Shown: in pieces, positions 19,653-29,092 of the stretch
Layout: each line of letters begins with the position of its first letter
Numbering within the stretch: the stretch's first letter is position 1
Virus record (IMG/VR): IMGVR_UViG_2788500061_000001
Origin: an uncultured virus (IMG/VR IMGVR_UViG_2788500061_000001)
Lineage: Duplodnaviria; Heunggongvirae; Uroviricota; Caudoviricetes
Length of the DNA: 64,000 bases
Strand: one strand, 5' to 3'
Position numbers and translations under genes: made by a program
The notes under the pieces: generated by a model
The model's input: only the letters and a program-made list of their open reading frames with translations
The model's database searches: none
Told to the model about the DNA's origin: nothing

Positions 19653-19992
19653 CGTCGCCGTAACGACGGTGGTGGATCGAAACCAGTGATGCGGTCACGA
19701 TGTAGAATAGGCCCGGGTGCTTGGACTCCAGCCGTTCCCTGCTGTTATCAAGAACCTGCAGGATGTAGTCCGGGGCGAAAATGCCGATCATGGCCAGGTA
19801 TTCCAGCCAGAGTGTTGTGTGCTCCGGTCTTACGACCTGCCCATATCGCTTGATCTCCGGGCGCATGCGTTCTGCCAGAGCAGGGGATAGCTGGAGGCCT
19901 TCCTGGTATTCCAGATACAGGGCCGACGAAGCCATGTTCTCTTCTTCCGCTTCCAGGTTTCCTTCAAGTCCAAGCAGGGTCCGTGCACTCAT
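19627..19992 (-). CDS. Hypothetical early protein
   Basis: ATGA-coupled to the antirepressor. Confidence 0.6.
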   Translation of the reverse strand: MSARTLLGLEGNLEAEEENMASSALYLEYQEGLQLSPALAERMRPEIKRYGQVVRPEHTTLWLEYLAMIGIFAPDYILQVLDNSRERLESKHPGLFYIVTASLVSIHHRRYGDDEPEACNA

Positions 19993-20720
19993 AACAGGCC
20001 CTCCCGTTTTAGGAGTTTCCGTATTCCGTCGACGCCCCGCTGGTAGACTCGGGTTCTATACGTGACCCCGGTTTCACCGTCCTTCTTCGGGTATTGCTGC
20101 TCCACGACTCGGAACCATCCGAGTTCGATATACTGCTGGCAGGGGAGGTTGTCGGATTTCAGGACCTTTTGTCTTCGCAGGAACTGGAAGAGCTTGTTTG
20201 GCCCCAGGCCCGGCACCTGAAGGTTTTTGGCCACGTCGCCGATGAGAAGGGTGTCTTTGGAATCTATGATGGCATCGTAAAACTCAACCTTCGGTTGCTG
20301 CTGCTCGATCTTGCGCTGGAAATCGGCGGCCAACTGCAGGGCATCGGCGAACGATTGAGGAACCTGATACCCACCCGTTTTACGGATCTGAGGAAGAACT
20401 TCGTGAGTCACCCAGCGTTTGAAAGCGCGCGCCTCTGCCAGATTGCTCCTCAAGATCAATGAATACAGTCCTGGCTCGTTTATGACCTGGATGTTTTGAA
20501 GTCCGCCGCGGGTGTAAACTTTAGTGACACCCTTTTCGTCAGCGTCCAGACGCTGCAAAGCCATGCGGCTGTTTGTATGTTTTAATGCCTGGCAAACATC
20601 GGTGGCGATCCACCATGGCTCACCGTTTCGAATCACCACTCGAACCGGGTTTTTGCCGAACTCGAAAACATGCGGTTTTTGCTCTGGCTGAACCGGGGTC
20701 AGGGTTGTCTGACTGCTCAT
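19989..20720 (-). CDS. ant: Phage antirepressor (Bro-N plus ANT/KilA-C)
   Basis: GEPWWIATDVC, INEPGLYSLILRS, FKRWVTHEVLPQIRKTGGY, GPNKLFQFLR. Confidence 0.92.
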   Translation of the reverse strand: MSSQTTLTPVQPEQKPHVFEFGKNPVRVVIRNGEPWWIATDVCQALKHTNSRMALQRLDADEKGVTKVYTRGGLQNIQVINEPGLYSLILRSNLAEARAFKRWVTHEVLPQIRKTGGYQVPQSFADALQLAADFQRKIEQQQPKVEFYDAIIDSKDTLLIGDVAKNLQVPGLGPNKLFQFLRRQKVLKSDNLPCQQYIELGWFRVVEQQYPKKDGETGVTYRTRVYQRGVDGIRKLLKREGLL

Positions 20721-20989
20721 CGCGCTACCTCCTGTGGTTGAATAAGGCAGACTGCGATATCGACTCCTTTCGCCCGCCCATGCCCCTGAACACAGTCTAC
20801 CAGCTCCTGGAATTGCTCATCTTCCCAGACTGAAGGTGAATCTATGCCGACGATAGAGGTGCTCGGCTTTTCTGGTATATATTCAATCCATGACCGGGTC
20901 GGGTAGTGATGCTCGATGTGATCTCGGATCGCTTCTGGATCCCGGCTCAGGACCGCATTGGCCAGGTAGAACTCTTCTGCCAGTGTCAC
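20717..20989 (-). CDS. Hypothetical early protein
   Basis: Coupled overlaps on both sides. Confidence 0.55.
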   Translation of the reverse strand: MTLAEEFYLANAVLSRDPEAIRDHIEHHYPTRSWIEYIPEKPSTSIVGIDSPSVWEDEQFQELVDCVQGHGRAKGVDIAVCLIQPQEVAR

Positions 20990-21243
20990 CGCTCCACCTC
21001 CAGAACCTGGATTCCGAGGTCGGACGGAGTGACGCCGAAGTCAGCTTCGAGGGCTCGGATCGCGCGGTAGGTTTCGGTACCTTTGAATGCGTATTTTGGG
21101 CGCCGATAGAAAAGCCTTGTCAGGATTGGATTGCGCAGGTTGTGCTTGCGGCACCATGGCCGAATGGTCCCATGTTCCCGGATTATTCGGGCCTTGACTT
21201 CATTTCCCGAAATGATTTCTGCTTGTGTTTTATTTTTGCTCAT
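20986..21243 (-). CDS. Cro-like small DNA-binding protein
   Basis: First gene of early operon, divergent from repressor; EVKARIIREHGTIRPWCRKHNL. Confidence 0.6.
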   Translation of the reverse strand: MSKNKTQAEIISGNEVKARIIREHGTIRPWCRKHNLRNPILTRLFYRRPKYAFKGTETYRAIRALEADFGVTPSDLGIQVLEVER

Positions 21244-21267
21244 GGTATTGCCCTGATTCGGTCGATG

Positions 21268-21331
21268 TTGTCTGTAGACAACAGATGGTGTCAGAGGGCA
21301 CAATTTCAAGCTAAAAATTGTCGGAGGACAA
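21268..21331. promoter_or_regulatory. Three operator-like palindromes TTGTC-N4-GACAA
   Basis: TTGTC-TGTA-GACAA (21268-21281), GTGTC-AGAG-GGCAC (21288-21301, degenerate), TTGTC-GGAG-GACAA (21318-21331), between the divergent regulators. Confidence 0.7.
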
Positions 21332-21728
21332 CTTTTTGACAGATTCTGAGTTACAAGAACGGATTTTGACAGAAACAGGGATGAAATACGCCGAGCTGGC
21401 TGATGCACTGAGTTTCAATCGAGCGCATATATCTCATGTGAAGTCTGGGAAAAAGGCGATTCTGGCCGAATACAAGATGCGCTGCGTAGAGCGACTCCGC
21501 CGACCAGGATACCGTTTCAATATTTTCTGGTTTGAGGATCCTGAGAAGCACCCGTTCTGGGTGCCGGAGGACTACTGGCTGAACCAATTCGATCCGGAAT
21601 TCCAGGTTCTTGCCCAGATGAAGCCTGATTTCATGGAGGCTCTAAAGCGTGTGGCGCGGCTGCCTCCGGAAAAACAGGAGCGATGGCTCAATATGGCCCG
21701 GGACTTGTTCAATCTGGGAGAGGGGTAA
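21318..21728 (+). CDS. CI-like XRE repressor without S24 peptidase domain
   Basis: HTH KYAELADALSFNRAHISHVKSGKK; short helical C-terminus; divergent from cro-like gene. Confidence 0.75.
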   Translation: MSEDNFLTDSELQERILTETGMKYAELADALSFNRAHISHVKSGKKAILAEYKMRCVERLRRPGYRFNIFWFEDPEKHPFWVPEDYWLNQFDPEFQVLAQMKPDFMEALKRVARLPPEKQERWLNMARDLFNLGEG

Positions 21729-21871
21729 GCGGAAGAAGAAACCCGTGGCAGGATTGTCCTACGGGTCGGTTATAGAAGAATTTGAAAAGTTGTGGAAAAC
21801 GTGTGTAAACGTTTGTGTAGTGTCTCTCTCGGATCCTACGATGTGCCGATCAGATAAAGAGAGGGCGCTCC

Positions 21872-22036
21872 ATGGACTTGGAAGACTACGCAGAGAAAAT
21901 GGAACAACTTATAGCATTACTGGAAGAATTGGAGGCGGAAACCGCCAGGGAAGCGGAAAACGGACGGCAAGCGGAGAGGAGCAAGGGGGTCTTGGATATG
22001 GCCAGGGGCCTCCTCGGGCTGGCCGGTGAGGATTAA
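21872..22036 (+). CDS. 54-aa acidic protein resembling the repressor C-terminus (candidate anti-repressor)
   Basis: Hand translated MDLEDYAEKMEQLIALLEELEAETAREAENGRQAERSKGVLDMARGLLGLAGED; GAGAGGG SD. Confidence 0.6.
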   Translation: MDLEDYAEKMEQLIALLEELEAETAREAENGRQAERSKGVLDMARGLLGLAGED

Positions 22037-22116
22037 GCCTTCTTTCTGGGCGGTCTCCAGGCCAGAATATGAGCTTGAAATCCTGGGGAATTCTTGGTTT
22101 CGTACCGAAATAGAGG

Positions 22117-22959
22117 GTGAAGCGCATCTATAGGAAGGTTATCGTGGGAGATCTCAAGCCAGACACATTTCTTCTCCTCAAAGGGGACGGCCTCTCTCCT
22201 GAGAGCGTACCTCTGGATGTATTAACAAAGCTCCTCGAGGCCTTTCGGAGCCTTTATCGTGGACTCCCTGCTGATCCACAGACGGGCGACCCTTTCTACG
22301 TTAGCTTGGTTGAAATCAAGAGCGGCAGTTCTGGCTACGGATTTGCGTTCCACGATCCAGACCTTGGGAAAAGGCGGACCGCCCTCCTGACGACTGCGAT
22401 TCGCGAGAAGGATGCGACCGCGCTTCCTCCGGAATTAATCAAACCAGCAAAGACCTTTTTTCGTACGGTGCAGAAGGATTTGGGCTACAGAGTAGAATGG
22501 TACATGGCTGGCCAAAAAAGCCCGGAAGTTAGCCTAGACCCAACAGACATGGTCGCCTTTCCGGAATCTGGTCGAGTCCGGGGGCATACCACCATCCGAT
22601 GCAAGGTAATAAAGGCTGGCGGAGTGAGATCCACAGTTTCTATTTCGATCCCGGGACATTCCAGACCACTAACTTGCCAAATTACTCGTGAGCTTGCCGA
22701 GGAGTTTGGCCAGAACCTCTACAGGACAGTAGATGTTCAGGGTATAGGAGAATGGACAACTGACACTATCGAATTGGTGAGCTTTGTTCCCGATGCCTTT
22801 TCGCAAGTTCCCGATAGCGATTTTCACAAGGCGCTCAAGACCTTGCGTTCGATACATACTAAAGAAATGAAAAGAATGGCAAACACTAACGGGCTTACCC
22901 TGCTCGAAACTACAAGTCGGATTCGTTCTGGGCTGCCGATTGATGAAAAGGAAGCCTAA
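22117..22959 (+). CDS. Hypothetical partner of PIN nuclease (C-terminal OB-like domain)
   Basis: 280 aa; ends 2 nt before the PIN gene. Confidence 0.65.
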   Translation: MKRIYRKVIVGDLKPDTFLLLKGDGLSPESVPLDVLTKLLEAFRSLYRGLPADPQTGDPFYVSLVEIKSGSSGYGFAFHDPDLGKRRTALLTTAIREKDATALPPELIKPAKTFFRTVQKDLGYRVEWYMAGQKSPEVSLDPTDMVAFPESGRVRGHTTIRCKVIKAGGVRSTVSISIPGHSRPLTCQITRELAEEFGQNLYRTVDVQGIGEWTTDTIELVSFVPDAFSQVPDSDFHKALKTLRSIHTKEMKRMANTNGLTLLETTSRIRSGLPIDEKEA

Positions 22960-22961
22960 TT

Positions 22962-23495
22962 GTGGACCCGGTTGTTCTGGATACGAATATTCTCGTTTTT
23001 GCCATTGAAGGTCCATCGGAGCCAAACCAGGACACAGATCTGAAGCAGCGCGCAGAACTCCTGGTTGAGAAAGAATTAGAGAAAGAATCTCGAGTGTTGC
23101 TGCCTACTATTTGTCTGGCAGAGCTCTTGGCGCATAATCAGCGCAATCGAAGCAAAGCGCTGGAAGCATATACGCGTCTAGGATTGGAAATACGGTCATT
23201 TGATACTCCGGCTGCCATGCATTATGGCAGACTATACAAAGCAGCGCTAGCAGAGCGGAAGTCGGCTTCTCCTTCCACTCGAGCGATTCTAGGCAACGAT
23301 GCGCTTATTGCCGCCACGGCACTCGCCAGCGGTGCAAGCAGAATTTATTCCCACAACACCAAGGACTTTAGGAAATGGGTAAAAAACTTGGGAGACACGT
23401 TGGCAGTGCTAGACATCCCACCACTGGCTGCACTCGTAAGCCCCGGGGATCCTGATCAGCTCATCCTTTCACAAGCGGAAGGTTTGGAGCCTTAG
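22962..23495 (+). CDS. PIN-domain (VapC-like) ribonuclease
   Basis: VVLDTNIL, LAELL, NDALIAATA, SHNTKDF. Confidence 0.88.
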   Translation: MDPVVLDTNILVFAIEGPSEPNQDTDLKQRAELLVEKELEKESRVLLPTICLAELLAHNQRNRSKALEAYTRLGLEIRSFDTPAAMHYGRLYKAALAERKSASPSTRAILGNDALIAATALASGASRIYSHNTKDFRKWVKNLGDTLAVLDIPPLAALVSPGDPDQLILSQAEGLEP

Positions 23496-23529
23496 TTTAC
23501 CCGTACACCTAGCATTGTCGCTGACTGGA

Positions 23530-23557
23530 ACGAGACATAACCTACATTATCGGAAGT
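23530..23557 (-). other. dif-like XerC/XerD recombination site
   Basis: Minus strand ACTTCCGATAA-TGTAGG-TTATGTCTCGT: 11-6-11 layout with ATAA/TTAT inner arms, intergenic. Confidence 0.7.
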
Positions 23558-23685
23558 TGTTGTATTTGAACCTTCCTCGCAGTTTTGATGCGAAGCCCAC
23601 CCGCAACAATACCTCCAAACATTTACCGCTTGACTCATGCCTGTTTTGGCGGGTAATAACTCCACCTCATTAATGGAGATCAGCT

Positions 23686-24834
23686 ATGAAATTAACATAT
23701 TTAGGTATATTGGTAATACTTTTGTTTTCAGGGTGCACCGTTTTTCGGACCGCTAAAGCAGAGCTTGGCTCTCGCACAAATGCCCCTATTAGCGAAATGC
23801 GCACTTTGAACGTTTGTCCGTCCGAATCGGCTCTACTCGAGAGGAAATGCCAGCCAAACAAAGAGACATGGCATTGGGCCGCAGGGGGGACGAATGAAAG
23901 ATCTCTGAAGGACGACAAATGGCGACCGATACTAACGGAATGGTCGAAGTTGAACAAGACAGAAAACCTGGGCCTGGACAATAATGAGCTCAGGGAAAAA
24001 GCTTACACTTCCTACATCGCCAGCCTCTACCTATACTACCCGGTGAATTACCCCTGGTATTCTTGGGTGGTCAGGGGCCGCCCAGAAATGATGACCGTTT
24101 CGCCAGCATTGCTGAGGGAATTATCCACCGATGAGGACGGGCCGGGCGAGCCCACTAAAGCGGGGACAAATCTGTCGGAACTAATGGAGGCCGTCGATTT
24201 GGGAGGAACCCCGGATTACGTCGAAATTGATGTCTTTGTGAAAATACAAATCATTAATAAGATTGTTTCAGAGATCATGAGTAGCATAGATGAAGGGCAG
24301 TTGGCGGGCGGCGTAACGCTGGAGAACTTAGAGGTCAGCCTCAAAGCAAATTTGGACGATGAACTAAACGCAAGCAGCTTCGGCACGCTTCAGATCGAGT
24401 ACGTTAGGATCGCAACCAAAGGTAATAGCGAATATAGTATAAAGGAAAGTTGGGCAGCTTGCAGACTGTATTCCTCCTACCTTGAAGGGGCACCATACAT
24501 CAAGTCTGTGAATGGATGGTTTGTTCAGGGATCAAGCTCTATCGACTCCGAGACGAGCAAACAAGAGATTGAGGCAGCCATTGGCTCTGCTATAGAAGCT
24601 AGTATCAAGGAACTTGAATTAGGTCCCGAAGTGGGCAACGCCTTAAAAGGACTGAAGGGGCAATTTGACATCAAGTATGTCAGAAAAACCGTAAAGGATG
24701 TTGTGGGATCTGCCTACACAACTCAGAATCCCGTATTCATCCCACTCCATATAGAGATCGTGGATTTTAACGAGAAGCTTCTCGGGGTGATCAAAGAGCG
24801 TTGCAATCCAACCTCAGGAACACCGGAGAAATAG
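23686..24834 (+). CDS. Lipoprotein moron
   Basis: Signal peptide with lipobox LFSGC; GGAG SD; own promoter-like TTGACT upstream. Confidence 0.75.
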   Translation: MKLTYLGILVILLFSGCTVFRTAKAELGSRTNAPISEMRTLNVCPSESALLERKCQPNKETWHWAAGGTNERSLKDDKWRPILTEWSKLNKTENLGLDNNELREKAYTSYIASLYLYYPVNYPWYSWVVRGRPEMMTVSPALLRELSTDEDGPGEPTKAGTNLSELMEAVDLGGTPDYVEIDVFVKIQIINKIVSEIMSSIDEGQLAGGVTLENLEVSLKANLDDELNASSFGTLQIEYVRIATKGNSEYSIKESWAACRLYSSYLEGAPYIKSVNGWFVQGSSSIDSETSKQEIEAAIGSAIEASIKELELGPEVGNALKGLKGQFDIKYVRKTVKDVVGSAYTTQNPVFIPLHIEIVDFNEKLLGVIKERCNPTSGTPEK

Positions 24835-25083
24835 ATACGCTCGCGGGGGTGTCGTGGAGGATTTCGGAGTCACCATGGCATCCCCCCTCCCCTGTCACGC
24901 GGCTAACAGCCGAGATGTGCCGGGGTGCAATTGAATCCGACCGCCTAGCCCAAGATTACCACTCAGTATCCAGATTCCGCATTCCGATTGGTGCGGGCAA
25001 AAGGATTGAATATCGGTGGACCCTCATGAACTGTAGGAGCCCGCTTTACTCTTGGATCGCGAATTTAGGACCGGCAATACCGA

Positions 25084-25302
25084 CTAGCTCCAGCTCCCTT
25101 CCCCTGGTTGATCGGTGATGGTCGCCGGAGCCCCGGCAGCATGTGCATCCGTCTGGCCGTTCACCGTTACATTGACGGTTCCCGACTTGATGAACCGCTC
25201 TACTATTGCTGCATATTCAGCATTGAATTGCTCCACCGTCTCGATATCATCCCGTTTCATTAGAGCATTCAGTTCAGATTCGAAGGTTGCTTTGTCCGCC
25301 AT
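25084..25302 (-). CDS. Small baseplate/spike-associated protein
   Basis: AAGGAGG SD; follows the spike gene. Confidence 0.6.
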   Translation of the reverse strand: MADKATFESELNALMKRDDIETVEQFNAEYAAIVERFIKSGTVNVTVNGQTDAHAAGAPATITDQPGEGSWS

Positions 25303-25317
25303 GGGATCCTCCTTTTG

Positions 25318-25977
25318 CTACGGTCCTACCTGCATGGGCTTCGAAGCTGGACCAGGGAACGATGCCTTCAGGTGTCCATGCTTGGAAGCTGGCATTTCTT
25401 CCGGAGTGCCTTTCTTCCAGGTCACTTCGCCGGTCACATCCAGATCCCCCTCTATGCGCACCTTGTCCGTCTTGATCGTAATTTCATCGCTGGAGAAATC
25501 GATCTTGAAGACCGTTTCCGTGCCCTTCTTGATTACGTACTCATCATCCTGGTAGCGGATGCTCCAGCCGGAAGGATGAAAGTCGGCAAAGTCTTCACTA
25601 TCTCCGGCTCCGACGAAGCTCCCAGAGTCGGGGGATTTCTCGAATTGCTCCAGATCCTTAGAATGCTTCTCCTGTCCAGGAGTAGGATACCAGTTCACGA
25701 CCACCGGGTTCTCCGGTGAGCCCCCGATGAAATCTATAAGGACTCTCTGGCCCTCCCGGAACTCTGCAAGTCGGCCCTTTGCCTCTGCGTCTATGACCGA
25801 TCCCCCCGGGAGCAGCACGTTCTCCAGATAATCTCCTGTCAGCGTCTGGACATTGCACCGGAATCGACTCTTCACTTCATCGATGTACCCCCAGAGCGCC
25901 GGTGCTCCCCGGCGGGTAAGTGGACCAGCCAGCGCCTTGAGGCCGATACCAATGGGTCGTTCGTCAATCATGCCCAT
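25318..25977 (-). CDS. Baseplate spike (gpV/gp45-like)
   Basis: N-terminal OB (GQRVLIDFIGGSPENPVV), HPSG, beta-helix VRIEGDLDVTGEV, HGH tip. Confidence 0.75.
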   Translation of the reverse strand: MGMIDERPIGIGLKALAGPLTRRGAPALWGYIDEVKSRFRCNVQTLTGDYLENVLLPGGSVIDAEAKGRLAEFREGQRVLIDFIGGSPENPVVVNWYPTPGQEKHSKDLEQFEKSPDSGSFVGAGDSEDFADFHPSGWSIRYQDDEYVIKKGTETVFKIDFSSDEITIKTDKVRIEGDLDVTGEVTWKKGTPEEMPASKHGHLKASFPGPASKPMQVGP

Positions 25978-27857
25978 CAGAAGACCTCCAGGAAGAAAGT
26001 TCGATTGCCGTTTATGGAGGTCACCCCGACAAGATAGACCAGAGAATTCCCATCCTGGCGGATTCCCGTTATTCGCGTAGACCGGATCCGGGGGTCCGCC
26101 TCTATCTTTGCCAGGAGTCGGTCTATGTAACGGTCTTTGAAGAAGTTCTCCTGGACTTCCCCTATCTTTGCGGGGTTGCCAAAATCAGGATACATGGGGA
26201 GCCCGCCCTCCGGCGTATCGATCTGGTCGATCACATTGTTCATCAGTGCTGGCTCGCCCTCGACCACATCCAGATCTCCGTTCGCAGCCACGGCAAAATC
26301 CCTCTGGTCCGTAAGTGCCAGGTCTTCCCCGAGCACTCCCCGTTCAATATCGGCATTCGTCGGGCTGGCCGGTTGGGAGGCCCACACCTGGAGGTTATGC
26401 TCGTAGGGGATCTTGATAGATTCGCTTACGATGCCCTGCCCTCTTCTCTTCCGATTGTATGCGGCCAGAGCGGAACCCAGATCAGGGTCTTGCATGTACT
26501 TCTCTGCGAGCGATTCCCAGGTATCTCCGCCTATGGCTTTGTGGATGATGTACTGATTGTCTGTCGCCGCCTTCTTTATGTAGGCTTCCAGATCAATGAC
26601 CGCTGTTTGCGCCTCCAGCAGTTGCTCATAGTACGGTATTTCTATCAACGATTCGAAGTTCGATTCCGGGGTTGCCGCATAGGATTCCAGTGGCTGGTTG
26701 GGAGAGACGGTAATCAGTCCGAGTTCATCCATGGCGGCCTGAATTTCCTGGGCCATTTCCCGGAGACGGCGCTGGAACTCGGCTCTCGCAGAATTGGCCT
26801 TCTGAATTGCATTTTGTTCTTCTGGCTCTTCCCGAAAGCCCCGACCCACGTTGGCAAACGCTTCGGTGAAGTTGTTGGAAGCCAGACGGCCATCGCTTGA
26901 AAAGACTCCCCGCATCGTATCCCAGGAATTCTGGAGCTCGGTTCCTATCCGGGAAAGGTTCTTGAAGGCACCCGACATTCNGAGGAACCGGCCTGATAGC
27001 TCTGTNGGGAAGTTGACGATGTCCTTCAAGTCCTGCATGACCCCGCCGATTCCAGCTTCAAAATTTGCATTGAAGTACCTTTCGAGCTTGTTGGGCAGCT
27101 CGAAAGCAGTGTCCTTTTCGTCCTGTATGACGACCAATCCGATTTCCCACTTGTATGTGTTCGTATCCTGAGTGCTTCGGGAAATCTTGAAGCCATCGGG
27201 CTGCACTACCACTTCTACATGGCGCCGCCTTGCGTAATCGTGGAACATTAACGCAAAGTTGGAATAGCTGAACGGGTCTTTCTTCTCCTTGAATTTTGTG
27301 AGAATTGCGGCTGCCTGCTTATCTTCCGGTTCATAGAGAATCTTCTCATCCCATACCCCGGACATGATTGCCAGGAAATCAAAGAACTCCATNTCNCCGG
27401 ACCGGAGNCCCCCCATCCCNGGNACCGGAATGACNCTTTCCATGTANCCNACNGAGCGATCNTATAGNNTNTTNGCNGTNCCCGAGTAATCNGTNACGAG
27501 CCCCTTTGCATCGTCATAGATTGACTTGGCACCTTCAGTAACATCGCCGAATCCCAGGCCTTCCTCTCCATCATCGAAACGATCCAGGAAGGATCCNCCT
27601 TCGGAGCCCTGGGGCGGTCGAGCCAGAAAGTGAATGTGAAACTCGCCTTCCAGGGAAAGTATGTTATTGTCCGGGCCGTAATCCACCGTGGAGGACCCGC
27701 GATGACCGAAGGTGGGCATTGTGCGGACTCGAAACTTGTATTGCTCGGAGTAGCGGACTGGCCCGTTCAATAGGAAATATTCTCCCAGGGTTTCACTGGA
27801 AGGCTGTCCGTTGTCCTTTCGGGATCTGAGTTCGAATGAGAACAGATTCTCGGCCAC
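25977..27857 (-). CDS. Baseplate protein: tube-initiator-like N-terminus, LysM-like segment, C-terminal gp25-like domain
   Basis: GDTWESLAEKY (LysM-like); GDLDVVEG...TPEGGLPMYPDFG...DPRI (gp25/W-like). Confidence 0.7.
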   Translation of the reverse strand: MAENLFSFELRSRKDNGQPSSETLGEYFLLNGPVRYSEQYKFRVRTMPTFGHRGSSTVDYGPDNNILSLEGEFHIHFLARPPQGSEXGSFLDRFDDGEEGLGFGDVTEGAKSIYDDAKGLXXDYSXXXXXLXDRXXXYMEXVIPXXGMGXLRSXXMEFFDFLAIMSGVWDEKILYEPEDKQAAAILTKFKEKKDPFSYSNFALMFHDYARRRHVEVVVQPDGFKISRSTQDTNTYKWEIGLVVIQDEKDTAFELPNKLERYFNANFEAGIGGVMQDLKDIVNFXTELSGRFLXMSGAFKNLSRIGTELQNSWDTMRGVFSSDGRLASNNFTEAFANVGRGFREEPEEQNAIQKANSARAEFQRRLREMAQEIQAAMDELGLITVSPNQPLESYAATPESNFESLIEIPYYEQLLEAQTAVIDLEAYIKKAATDNQYIIHKAIGGDTWESLAEKYMQDPDLGSALAAYNRKRRGQGIVSESIKIPYEHNLQVWASQPASPTNADIERGVLGEDLALTDQRDFAVAANGDLDVVEGEPALMNNVIDQIDTPEGGLPMYPDFGNPAKIGEVQENFFKDRYIDRLLAKIEADPRIRSTRITGIRQDGNSLVYLVGVTSINGNRTFFLEVF

Positions 27858-27863
27858 GGATTG

Positions 27864-27888
27864 AGTCTATAGTTGCAGGCTCCATCGG
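27864..27888 (-). promoter_or_regulatory. Putative late promoter
   Basis: CCGAT-N14-TAGACT-N6-GTG(27857). Confidence 0.7.
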
Positions 27889-27909
27889 TCCACGCAGCGA
27901 GCCGTTTGC

Positions 27910-27935
27910 CCGATGAGAATATAGCGTATTATTAT
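27910..27935 (+). promoter_or_regulatory. Putative late promoter
   Basis: TTGC-CCGAT-N15-TATTAT-N8-ATG(27944). Confidence 0.6.
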
Positions 27936-27943
27936 CGGGCGCA

Positions 27944-29092
27944 ATGGCGCTGAGCAGATATATCCCGCGTGCGGACGTAGAATACCGCCAGGCACTCGTC
28001 AACTACCTGATCTCCAGAGCTTCGCGCCTGAGCAATTTCGGTCCCGGATCCCGCATTGGCTCATTGCTGGAAGGTATAGCCATCGTCCTGGCCCGAGGTG
28101 ACCGGGAAACACTCCAGGGCTTTGAGGCTGAAGCGGTAAATGCCGTCTATGAAGTGTTTGGCTTTCCCCTCCTCCCGGGGCTAAAGGCAACCGGACTGCT
28201 CCGCCTGGAGAAATCCGGACATACCCAGGCAATCAATTATCCGATCTTTACGATCGATCTTTTCGGTCTGCGGTTTGAGACCGTGGAACCTATTACGCTT
28301 CCCGTCGGCCAGAATGTGGTTCTGGTAGAAGCCCGGGCCATAGAGCCCGGCGTTTCCGGAAATATTCGCGCCGGGGAGATCGATACCCTGGATGGTCGTG
28401 GAACGATATCCCCTCAGATCGAACCCGGAACTCGGGTCTGGAATCCGGCCCCTTTTGAGGGAGGCACCCAGCTTGAGACGGAGGAATCGCGAGCTGGTCG
28501 ATTCAGGGATTTCATCAACAACCTGGGCCGTAGCACCCTGCGGGGTATATACAATGCGGTCATTTCTATCCCCGGTGTGGCCGGCGCCGTAGTAAACGAC
28601 AACATCAACCCTATTTCTCTTCTGCCTCAGACCGGATGGGTCAATGTCTATGTGTCGGATGGAACCTCGAGCCCTCCACAATCGTTGCTTGATGAAGTGA
28701 AGAAGGTAGTCGTCGGCGAACTGAACCATCCAGACTACCTGGGGTATGCGGCGGGTGGGGCCAGAGTCTACGTTGGCTCGGTTGAGGTGACGGCCGTTAA
28801 TGTATCCTATGAATACGTCCTTGTAGAAGGAAGCTCCCTGACAGACCAGGAAGCGGAAGAGAAAATTGAGCAGGCGGCCATCGGATACATCAACTCCCTT
28901 CCCATCGGCCAGGACGTGCTCTTCGAAACTCTTCAGGCCCGGATGCTCACGGCTCATCCAGATATCCTGAGATTGAATCTACTGTCTCCAGGATCAGATG
29001 TCGTGATTCAAGATCAAGACCTCCCCCGAATAGGAGGTGCATCCGGGGGAACCATATCGGGAACGGCGCTGCCCCGGGAGGTCCCCGAGTGA
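27944..29092 (+). CDS. Baseplate J-like wedge protein
   Basis: NFGPGSRIGSLLE, AIEPGVSGNI, GGTQLETEESRAGRF, IPGVAGA. Confidence 0.9.
   Translation: MALSRYIPRADVEYRQALVNYLISRASRLSNFGPGSRIGSLLEGIAIVLARGDRETLQGFEAEAVNAVYEVFGFPLLPGLKATGLLRLEKSGHTQAINYPIFTIDLFGLRFETVEPITLPVGQNVVLVEARAIEPGVSGNIRAGEIDTLDGRGTISPQIEPGTRVWNPAPFEGGTQLETEESRAGRFRDFINNLGRSTLRGIYNAVISIPGVAGAVVNDNINPISLLPQTGWVNVYVSDGTSSPPQSLLDEVKKVVVGELNHPDYLGYAAGGARVYVGSVEVTAVNVSYEYVLVEGSSLTDQEAEEKIEQAAIGYINSLPIGQDVLFETLQARMLTAHPDILRLNLLSPGSDVVIQDQDLPRIGGASGGTISGTALPREVPE

Noticed and set aside
24900..25011. Second CRISPR-like unit (two ATTGAAT ends 75 bp apart)
   Set aside because: The sequences upstream of the two ends do not align as repeats.
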